Of a stretch of 64,000 nt of DNA, positions 7,856 to 14,429 are shown one piece after another. The stretch lies in IMG/VR virus record IMGVR_UViG_3300025840_000013; one strand, given 5' to 3'. The DNA is from a virus. Numbering within the stretch: the stretch's first letter is position 1; each line of letters opens with the position of its first letter. Position numbers and translations under genes: made by a program. The notes below the pieces were generated by a model. That model worked only from the letters and a program-made list of their open reading frames with translations, had not been told where the DNA came from and searched no databases.

Positions 7856-8026
7856 AATCCAAGGTGACGGCCTGTGGATTGTGGTGACTGAATAATCCCT
7901 TGCAAATGGGGATAAGGTAATGTCGAAGGAACTTAGCGGTTCGTCTTAGCGGATGCAGACAGGTATGAGTCAAGTTAGACAGGAAGTTTGCCAGTGACTC
8001 GTTGCAGGATCCTAACCCTGCCCACA
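7856..8026 (+). ncRNA. candidate multi-stem ncRNA with twin CTTAGCGG hairpins (possibly manA-like)
   Basis: At least seven helices, duplicated loop, GCAAAT/GTTTGC pseudoknot; family assignment not verified. Confidence 0.6.
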
Positions 8027-8038
8027 CTAATAAATTTC

Positions 8039-8118
8039 TAAGTACACATGAGAGTAGATGCACCTACTTTCCTGTGCATAGGACAAGGGTTTGAAAGACT
8101 GCAAGTCATGTGTATTTA
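8039..8118 (+). ncRNA. candidate kissing-loop RNA
   Basis: 13-bp closing stem; two hairpins whose loops ATGCAC and GTGCAT are exact reverse complements. Confidence 0.55.
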
Positions 8119-8127
8119 AAAATTTAT

Positions 8128-8204
8128 CGGGGTATAGCGCAGTCTGGTAGCGCATCTGCTTTGGGAGCAGAGGGTCGTTGGTTCGAATCCAGCTACCCCG
8201 ACCA
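8128..8204 (+). tRNA. tRNA-Pro(TGG)
   Basis: CGGGGTA/TACCCCG acceptor, TCTGC-TTTGGGA-GCAGA, CCA. Confidence 0.97.
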
Positions 8205-8216
8205 ATTTAGGAATAT

Positions 8217-8292
8217 TCCCAGATAGCTCAGTTGGTAGAGCAAATGACTGTTAATCATTGGGTCGGGGGTTCGAGCCCCTCTCTGGGAGCCA
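8217..8292 (+). tRNA. tRNA-Asn(GTT)
   Basis: TCCCAGA/TCTGGGA acceptor, AATGA-CTGTTAA-TCATT, CCA. Confidence 0.97.
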
Positions 8293-8312
8293 AATAAAGA
8301 GTAGGATACTAG

Positions 8313-8855
8313 TTGAGTAATTTTAGATTTATTGAAAAGAACCTAGATGTAAGTAAGATACTACAACAAGTTCTTGATAATCCAAAAGATTGGAATTATG
8401 TTAATAACTTAAAGACAGATGGAAAAGATGTCGGCGGTGATGTAGACCCATATGGATTCTTGCCTCTAGTTATGGCAGTTGTAAAGCCAGGAGAAAGTCC
8501 AAAGAATACAGAAAAAACTCAGAAGACTGAGCTTTATGATAAATATGATGAAGTTTCGAAGTGGTTAAGAAGTCAAGGAATAACACAATTATCAAGAGCT
8601 GCATTTTTTAAGTTGGGTGTTGATGAGTGGGTTGGTAAACATATAGATGAAGGATCTTACTATTTAACTAGAGATAGGTATCATCTTTCTCTACAAGGTA
8701 GTTATGATTATGAAGTTGATGGAGAATGGCATACTATTGAGCCGGGCACTTTCTTCTGGTTTGATAATAAAAAATACCATCAGGCGCATAATGTAGGTGA
8801 TGTTGAAAGAATAACTTTTGTATTTGATGTTCCAAAGTCAGAAAACAATCCATAG
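8313..8855 (+). CDS. aspartyl/asparaginyl beta-hydroxylase-like 2OG-Fe(II) oxygenase
   Basis: HID...RYHL...FWFDNKKYHQAHN...RITFVFD double-stranded beta-helix motifs; TTG start with AGGA SD. Confidence 0.8.
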   Translation: MSNFRFIEKNLDVSKILQQVLDNPKDWNYVNNLKTDGKDVGGDVDPYGFLPLVMAVVKPGESPKNTEKTQKTELYDKYDEVSKWLRSQGITQLSRAAFFKLGVDEWVGKHIDEGSYYLTRDRYHLSLQGSYDYEVDGEWHTIEPGTFFWFDNKKYHQAHNVGDVERITFVFDVPKSENNP

Positions 8856-8867
8856 TAAGGATACGAG

Positions 8868-9149
8868 ATGTATAAACCTCTACCAGAAGAAGTAACAATA
8901 AAAAAATCAGGTATACACGGACTTGGCCTTTGGTGCATAAAACCGATCAAAGAAGGAACTGAGATCGGAATGTCGCATTTTTATTGGGGAGAAAATTTGC
9001 AAAGAACTCCATTAGGTGCTTTTTATAATCACTCTGACGAACCTAATATAGTAAAGATTAAAAAAGATAGTAGATTCTTTATTGTTGCCATTAGAGATAT
9101 TTGGCCAGGCGAAGAGATTACATGTCAGTATACTTTTTATCAGATGTAA
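8868..9149 (+). CDS. minimal SET-domain protein (putative lysine methyltransferase)
   Basis: SGIHGLGL, YNHSDEPN, RDIWPGEEITCQY signature motifs. Confidence 0.9.
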   Translation: MYKPLPEEVTIKKSGIHGLGLWCIKPIKEGTEIGMSHFYWGENLQRTPLGAFYNHSDEPNIVKIKKDSRFFIVAIRDIWPGEEITCQYTFYQM

Positions 9150-9165
9150 AGGATGTATATATATT

Positions 9166-9339
9166 ATGAGAATGGAAACTGCGAAGAAAAATTTTGATAT
9201 TGATGTTGCAGGGAATATACTTTTAAATAGTAGTCAGTCTCCCAAGGATTTGCAAATTCAAAGTGGAGATACATATGCTGCAATGATTGTTGATGGAAAG
9301 CCCATTCTAATTAAGTTGGAGTTAACTTTAAAAGAATAG
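9166..9339 (+). CDS. hypothetical protein
   Basis: Track 9082..9339; internal ATG after AAGGA. Confidence 0.5.
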   Translation: MRMETAKKNFDIDVAGNILLNSSQSPKDLQIQSGDTYAAMIVDGKPILIKLELTLKE

Positions 9340-9347
9340 GAATAGTT

Positions 9348-9545
9348 ATGTCACTTGGATTTAGAGACAAATACCAAAACATAATTAAGAATTTAGTTCA
9401 GAATGCCGACCAGTGCAGTCAACAGTGGGTTCTTACTGGAGAACCAGAATGGCATGCTGCATATATGATGTATGTTGGAAAGGTTTGTGAATTAAAGGAC
9501 TGGATTAAAGAAAGAGAAAGTGAAATAGAGAATACGCCGCTGTAG
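9348..9545 (+). CDS. hypothetical protein whose stop codon lies inside tRNA-Thr
   Basis: AGGA SD; last codons overlap tRNA-Thr at 9536-9545. Confidence 0.65.
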   Translation: MSLGFRDKYQNIIKNLVQNADQCSQQWVLTGEPEWHAAYMMYVGKVCELKDWIKERESEIENTPL

Positions 9546-9611
9546 CTCAGCTGGTAGAGCAACTGATTTGTAATCAGTAGGTCGGGAGTTCGAATCTCTC
9601 TAGCGGCACCA
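9536..9611 (+). tRNA. tRNA-Thr(TGT)
   Basis: GCCGCTG/TAGCGGC acceptor, ACTGA-TTTGTAA-TCAGT, CCA. Confidence 0.96.
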
Positions 9612-9623
9612 TATAGGTGTTGG

Positions 9624-9893
9624 ATGGAAAACAAAGAAAGAAAAATAATTCTTCTAACAGATATAATAGAACAAAAGGTTCGAAAAGAAAAAGAGCTTGA
9701 ATATTATCAACGAGAGTTGGAAAAATTAAATAATAAAATGTTTTTCATTCGCAAAGAAATCGACTTAACAAATCTTATAATAGATTTAATAGGGCGAGAA
9801 AAAATCATGGATATGCGTGAAGTTATTGATGACAAGAGTGTAGAAAAATTGATTGGTAATGATAGTGGCGAAGAAGACGGAAGCGAAACCTAA
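9624..9893 (+). CDS. coiled-coil hypothetical protein
   Basis: KEKELEYYQRELEKL heptads. Confidence 0.75.
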   Translation: MENKERKIILLTDIIEQKVRKEKELEYYQRELEKLNNKMFFIRKEIDLTNLIIDLIGREKIMDMREVIDDKSVEKLIGNDSGEEDGSET

Positions 9894-10524
9894 ACGGAAA
9901 AGAAGAACAAAGGCAGAAATGGAAGCCGCCCGAGAGGCCGAGTCTCAATCCTCAAAACCAAAACAAAAGAGGAAGCGCAGACCCAAAGCAGAGATAGAGG
10001 CCGCTCGGGCAGCATCATTACCACCAGAACCCAAGTGGTATGAGATTGGGTATAAGGGCCCAAAACCGCCCCCACCAAAACCAAAAAAGAAACCTCGTTC
10101 ATATTCCCCACCCCCACCAAGACAAAAGTTCGATACTAGTTTAATCGACAAACAAATAAAATTCCCTGGCGGCGCCAAGTACGCAATTACTAAGGAAACA
10201 AAACATGGTAGACATGTATTGTCTTGGGGAATGGGTGATTGGAGTATATTATATAATGCAAGATATAATAATACTGAAAAACATTGGCAATTTTATCTTG
10301 ACTTATACAAAAGAACGTGCGATAATGGTAAAAATGAAAAAACAAAAAAGGTGAAAAATAATGGTACAGCAAATGCAACAACAAAGTCCAGTGTCAAATC
10401 TGGACGCACCAACACTAAAGGCAATCCTACAAGAAAAAGCACAACGAGTGGTGTTCGAAAAGGCAGACGGAACTCTAAGAGTAATGCATTGCACGACAAA
10501 CCCGAAGATCGTGCCGTGGCCTGA
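9853..10524 (+). CDS. Lys/Arg/Pro-rich basic protein with two RKRRxKAExEAAR repeats
   Basis: KPKRKRRTKAEMEAAR and KQKRKRRPKAEIEAAR, poly-Pro tracts; 3' end overlaps the next gene. Confidence 0.6.
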   Translation: MVMIVAKKTEAKPKRKRRTKAEMEAAREAESQSSKPKQKRKRRPKAEIEAARAASLPPEPKWYEIGYKGPKPPPPKPKKKPRSYSPPPPRQKFDTSLIDKQIKFPGGAKYAITKETKHGRHVLSWGMGDWSILYNARYNNTEKHWQFYLDLYKRTCDNGKNEKTKKVKNNGTANATTKSSVKSGRTNTKGNPTRKSTTSGVRKGRRNSKSNALHDKPEDRAVA

Positions 10525-10657
10525 TAATCCAGTAGAAGCAGAAGGCTCAGTTCAAAAAGAAAAAGATCCAAACCTTATTGTTGTTTGGGATTTAGAAAAA
10601 GATGGATGGAGATCATTTCGATTTGAAAGACTCAGAGAATATGGAGATTTAGAATAA
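10361..10657 (+). CDS. DUF2693/WYL_2-like SH3-fold protein
   Basis: VVFEKADGTLRVMHCT...VWDLEKDGWRSFR motif; AAGGTG SD. Confidence 0.8.
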   Translation: MVQQMQQQSPVSNLDAPTLKAILQEKAQRVVFEKADGTLRVMHCTTNPKIVPWPDNPVEAEGSVQKEKDPNLIVVWDLEKDGWRSFRFERLREYGDLE

Positions 10658-10929
10658 TGGGTGGTAAGTCAAAGGGAAAAAATTACACCTCTAAGGGCGA
10701 ACGGCGAAGTGTATCACGGCAGAATAGAACCAAAAACCCAAAGGGTACTCTTGTACACGCAATTCGTCAAAGAGAGGCATGGCAACAAGGTAAGAATGTA
10801 GTTCTTACAATTCCAAATCCAAATACTTCAGAAACCAATAAACCTTTCATAAAGGTTAAGGCGAGTGAGGTATGGGGAGATTTTAGAAATCAAAGAAAAT
10901 TTATGATGAAAGGAGCACCGGCTGTATGA
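10657..10929 (+). CDS. basic hypothetical protein
   Basis: YTSKGERRSV...AWQQGKNVVLTIPNPN. Confidence 0.75.
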   Translation: MGGKSKGKNYTSKGERRSVSRQNRTKNPKGTLVHAIRQREAWQQGKNVVLTIPNPNTSETNKPFIKVKASEVWGDFRNQRKFMMKGAPAV

Positions 10930-11513
10930 TAGAAGGATTTAAGCCACCTTGTGTGGTATTCAGAACTAGGGTCAGAGATGAATCAATCGAAGGCCCAAAC
11001 CCATATCGTTGGGAAGATGTAACAAGTGATGATCTGTTCAAAGGTAAGAGGGTAGTTTTATTCAGTTTGCCTGGCGCATTTACACCTACTTGTTCTACAT
11101 ATCAATTGCCTGGCTTTGAAAGTAATTATTCAAAGATTAAAGAATATGGTATTGACGAAGTATACTGCATTTCGGTTAACGATGCATTTGTTATGAATGC
11201 ATGGGCCAAGGCACAAGATATTCAAAATGTAAAAGTTATTCCAGATGGTTCTGGAAACTTTACTCGATTTATGGGAATGTTAATTGGCAAAAACCATTTA
11301 GGGTTTGGTATGCGTAGTTGGAGATATATGTGTGTTATTAATGACGGTGTTATTGAACATTGGTGGCAAGAGCCAGGCATTAATAACGATGGAAGTGATG
11401 ATGATCCATATGTACAAACAACTCCAGAAAATATGTTGAGTTATCTAGATCAAAAAAATATGTGGAATGAAGTTAAAAAACGAACCAGTATCGGCGATTA
11501 CACGGTTGTATAA
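10926..11513 (+). CDS. peroxiredoxin (Prx5/Redoxin family)
   Basis: LPGAFTPTCS active-site motif, SVNDAFVMNAW, RSWRY. Confidence 0.93.
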   Translation: MIEGFKPPCVVFRTRVRDESIEGPNPYRWEDVTSDDLFKGKRVVLFSLPGAFTPTCSTYQLPGFESNYSKIKEYGIDEVYCISVNDAFVMNAWAKAQDIQNVKVIPDGSGNFTRFMGMLIGKNHLGFGMRSWRYMCVINDGVIEHWWQEPGINNDGSDDDPYVQTTPENMLSYLDQKNMWNEVKKRTSIGDYTVV

Positions 11514-12310
11514 TGTATGATATAAGACCCCTTCACAAGAATAATGCTTCTGTATTTGTTGCAGAACGCCATTATTCTGCAGTTATGCCTCGACTAACTA
11601 AACATTATCTAGGATTTCACTTAGATGATAAGTTAGTTGGGGTTTTAACTTTAGGATGGGGAACCAATCCGATGGGAACAATTAAAAAAATGTTTCCAGA
11701 TTTGACAACTTCTGATTACTTTGAAATTGGAAAGATGTGCATGGATGATTCTATGCCTAGAAACTCCGAATCCCAAATGTTGTCCCAAACAGTAAAGTGG
11801 ATGCGTGAAAATACAAATGCAAAATATCTGTACACTTGGGCAGATGGAATAGTTGGAAAGCCAGGATATGTTTACCAGTCTGCAAACTTTCTTTATGGTG
11901 GTTTTATATGGTCTGATGTATATGTCTCTGAAACAGGCGAGAAGGTACATTTTAGGACTATACAGAGGAAGATGAAGAAAGAGATGGGTAGACATGATAC
12001 GAAGTATGGCCCTCGACCAAATGACGCCAAAATGGGTGATATGGGGTTTTCAAGAGTTTGGGGTAAACAGTTCAGATATATCTATCCATTGACTAAGACA
12101 GATAGAAAATATATGAATAGAAATTCTACATGTTGTTGGACAAATCAATATCCAAAGGATGAAGATTTGCAATGGAAAATTAAAAGGCCCGGCGAAACAG
12201 AATACGAATGGTGTGATGATATGCCGTTCATTCATAGTAATGATATAAAACATAATAAGAGTAATATTGCAAGATATAAGGCAGATATTACGATTGATAG
12301 TTTTTTTTAA
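11513..12310 (+). CDS. Mom-like adenine-modifying GNAT enzyme
   Basis: RHYS, EIGKMCMDDSMPRNSESQMLS, TWADG...GYVYQSANFLYGG resemble Mu Mom family motifs. Confidence 0.75.
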   Translation: MYDIRPLHKNNASVFVAERHYSAVMPRLTKHYLGFHLDDKLVGVLTLGWGTNPMGTIKKMFPDLTTSDYFEIGKMCMDDSMPRNSESQMLSQTVKWMRENTNAKYLYTWADGIVGKPGYVYQSANFLYGGFIWSDVYVSETGEKVHFRTIQRKMKKEMGRHDTKYGPRPNDAKMGDMGFSRVWGKQFRYIYPLTKTDRKYMNRNSTCCWTNQYPKDEDLQWKIKRPGETEYEWCDDMPFIHSNDIKHNKSNIARYKADITIDSFF

Positions 12311-12336
12311 TAACCTATATAATTGTGGAGTATATA

Positions 12337-12492
12337 ATGAAAAAGAGAAATATAAATCAATTAAGGATTAGATTGCGTGGCGCAAGGTCAAGGACTAGAC
12401 AATATTGGCAACGACAGGCGTATATAAACAGACAGAGAAGAAATTCTCAGGAGATTAATAATGATAGATTACAGTACAAATTACACGCTTAG
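12337..12492 (+). CDS. small Arg-rich protein (51 aa, not in ORF track)
   Basis: GGAG SD; MKKRNINQLRIRLRGARSRTRQYWQRQAYINRQRRNSQEINNDRLQYKLHA. Confidence 0.45.
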   Translation: MKKRNINQLRIRLRGARSRTRQYWQRQAYINRQRRNSQEINNDRLQYKLHA

Positions 12493-13009
12493 TAGTGTAC
12501 ATACCGATGCTGGCAATGATGAGGTTATTACTCATTCATTCGATGCGACAAATGCAACACTTGGTGAAGTGTTGGAGAAAATCGAAATCTTTTTGATTGC
12601 AGTAGGATTTGATTGGATTAAGAAAGGTGAAATTCAGCATGTGAAAGGTGTGACTGATGAAGACTATGACTCTACTGTAGGAGCAGAATTGTTTGATGAA
12701 TATTCTGTAAGTGCAGAAGAAATGTATAATAGACTTAACGGTTTAGATAATACTGCAAAAATTGTTGAATTTCCTAAGAAAGAAAAAGAAGAAAATATAA
12801 CATTGACTACTGGTTCTAATGATTATGTTTTTTCTGGGGAGTATGATATGGGTTCTATCACATTTGATGGAATGGATATTACTGATGGTATGAATATTAC
12901 CTTAGATACTTCCGATATTTCTTTTACTCAAGATTATAACGTATCTTTAACTCCAGATGACGTTACATTTAAATTTACTAACTTCGAAAACGAAAAAGAA
13001 AAGGATTAA
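12461..13009 (+). CDS. acidic hypothetical protein
   Basis: AGGAG SD; Asp/Thr-rich C-terminus. Confidence 0.7.
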   Translation: MIDYSTNYTLSSVHTDAGNDEVITHSFDATNATLGEVLEKIEIFLIAVGFDWIKKGEIQHVKGVTDEDYDSTVGAELFDEYSVSAEEMYNRLNGLDNTAKIVEFPKKEKEENITLTTGSNDYVFSGEYDMGSITFDGMDITDGMNITLDTSDISFTQDYNVSLTPDDVTFKFTNFENEKEKD

Positions 13010-13011
13010 AA

Positions 13012-13467
13012 ATGGCTTTTAAATTATCGAATAGATCACTTTCTAAATTAGAAGGTGTTCATGATGACATGGTTAGAGTTGTCAGCCGTGCCATCGAATT
13101 GACTGAGGTCGATTTTGGAGTGATTCAAGGTTTAAGAACGCTCGAAGAACAAGAGGCTTTAGTTGCAAAGGGCGCAAGTCAAACAATGAAGAGTAAACAT
13201 CTTGATGGACTTGCAGTAGACTTAATGGCCTATGTTGGAGGCCGTGGCGTCTGGGAACTCAATGTGTATGATGAGGTTGCTGATGCAATGAAGGCAGCTG
13301 CAATAGAAGAGGGTGTGGCAATCCGCTGGGGTGCAGCCTGGCACATTGATGACATTAGGGAGTGGGATGGTTCCATGGAAGATGCCATGAACGCCTATGT
13401 TGATTTAAGACGCTCTCAAGGAAGACGCCCATTTATTGACGCACCACACTTTGAGCTGATGGTATGA
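13012..13467 (+). CDS. M15-family L-Ala-D-Glu peptidase endolysin (T5 lysin-like)
   Basis: GLRTLEEQ, SKHLDGLAVD, IRWG, DAPHFEL. Confidence 0.9.
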   Translation: MAFKLSNRSLSKLEGVHDDMVRVVSRAIELTEVDFGVIQGLRTLEEQEALVAKGASQTMKSKHLDGLAVDLMAYVGGRGVWELNVYDEVADAMKAAAIEEGVAIRWGAAWHIDDIREWDGSMEDAMNAYVDLRRSQGRRPFIDAPHFELMV

Positions 13468-13661
13468 AAATAAGTTGGGGTTACTTTATAAGTATCCCCA
13501 TGTCTTCTTACTTTATCCTTCTATTCCTCTTGGGTTTATTTGGAAAAAGTTTAATGATATTTACACCAGAAAAAAATATAGTAATGTATGAGTTTTTTGG
13601 TGTTGTATTAATACATTATATTTTTTATATTATTTTTTGCTTGACAAAAAGAAAAGAATAG
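13464..13661 (+). CDS. small two-TM protein with basic C-terminus (holin candidate)
   Basis: ATGA overlap with the endolysin; two hydrophobic helices, ends TKRKE. Confidence 0.4.
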   Translation: MKISWGYFISIPMSSYFILLFLLGLFGKSLMIFTPEKNIVMYEFFGVVLIHYIFYIIFCLTKRKE

Positions 13662-13671
13662 TGTATAAATA
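13641..13671 (+). promoter_or_regulatory. composite sigma70 / T4 late promoter for the tmRNA
   Basis: cTTGACA-17-TATAAA where the -10 box is part of TATAAATA. Confidence 0.75.
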
Positions 13672-13674
13672 CAG

Positions 13675-13980
13675 TTGTAATTGTTGATACGATTCAACAT
13701 ACATACTGGACTTGGGGGCAGTACCCAACGCCTCCACCATAAGCACATCCGTAAGGCGCAGTAAGGTTCCCAACGGATTACCGTAGAAGACTACGCAGGG
13801 TGTGTTTATGATGGGGGCGAACTAGGATCGACAGGTGTGTAGAGATGAGAGTAGATTACCGTGTTGACCTACGATATTCGGTCGAACAAAACTAAACGCA
13901 AACGATAACTTTGCACCTGAGTTTGCTCTAGCAGCATGATCAGCGGGGTATGGGTTCCACCTTGTTACCAAACGGGCCCG
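13675..13980 (+). ncRNA. ssrA: circularly permuted two-piece tmRNA, alphaproteobacterial type
   Basis: Acceptor piece ends GGAC-TTGGG-GGCAGTA-CCCAA-CGCCTCC-ACCA (13739); coding piece starts GGGGGCG (13813) with a G3.U pair; tag ORF 13898-13939 ANDNFAPEFALAA*; outer ends approximate. Confidence 0.93.
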
Positions 13981-14005
13981 CAGTCATAGTAAAAGGATTT
14001 AATAA

Positions 14006-14353
14006 ATGACAAAGTTTTTATTCGGGGCCGCTTCGGCGGTTTTTTTATGCACATCTGCAATGGCAGAAGGAATTAGAGGCCATGTAGATGGCGAAGTTGA
14101 ATATAGTTTGGAAAATGAAAAATTTACATCTGAATTAGGATACACAATGGCACTTCCACAAGGATTGGTGCTACGCCCATGGGCAGATTTTTCATATGAT
14201 CGTAACTTAGCATCTGATACAATTAATTTTGACGGTGTTAATTTAGGAGTTTCATATGCAGTATCTCCTGCACTTTCTCTTTACAGTGATATTAGTGCAG
14301 ATCATGATTTTGAATATGAAGATACATCAGTTGGATTTCGCTTTACATTCTGA
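14006..14353 (+). CDS. small outer-membrane beta-barrel protein
   Basis: Signal peptide ending AMA, alternating beta strands, C-terminal VGFRFTF motif. Confidence 0.75.
   Translation: MTKFLFGAASAVFLCTSAMAEGIRGHVDGEVEYSLENEKFTSELGYTMALPQGLVLRPWADFSYDRNLASDTINFDGVNLGVSYAVSPALSLYSDISADHDFEYEDTSVGFRFTF
14027..14046 (+). terminator. intrinsic terminator inside the signal-peptide codons of the OMP gene
   Basis: GCCGC-TTCG-GCGGT followed by a T-run (cUUCGg tetraloop). Confidence 0.7.
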
Positions 14354-14429
14354 TTTTCATACTATATAATAAAGGTGGCAACTTCCTATAAAGTTGCTAA
14401 TTACACACATCACACAGAAAAGGAGAAAT

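Noticed and set aside
7579-8063. Minus-strand ORFs 7579-7905 and 7836-8063
   Set aside because: They are antisense shadows of tRNA-Gly and the structured RNA region (ERMRGIEPLS is a typical tRNA antisense translation).
8039-8118. Purine riboswitch
   Set aside because: The kissing-loop topology is similar, but the conserved junction nucleotides are absent and the downstream feature is a tRNA.
7324-8127. HDV-like (theta) or hammerhead ribozymes next to the tRNAs
   Set aside because: I could not fit the HDV nested double-pseudoknot topology at the tRNA 3' ends or find a CUGANGA/GAAA core; left as unassigned ncRNA candidates.
9419-9634. Minus-strand 71-aa ORF
   Set aside because: Antisense translation of tRNA-Thr (GAAREIRTPDLLITNQLLYQLSY).
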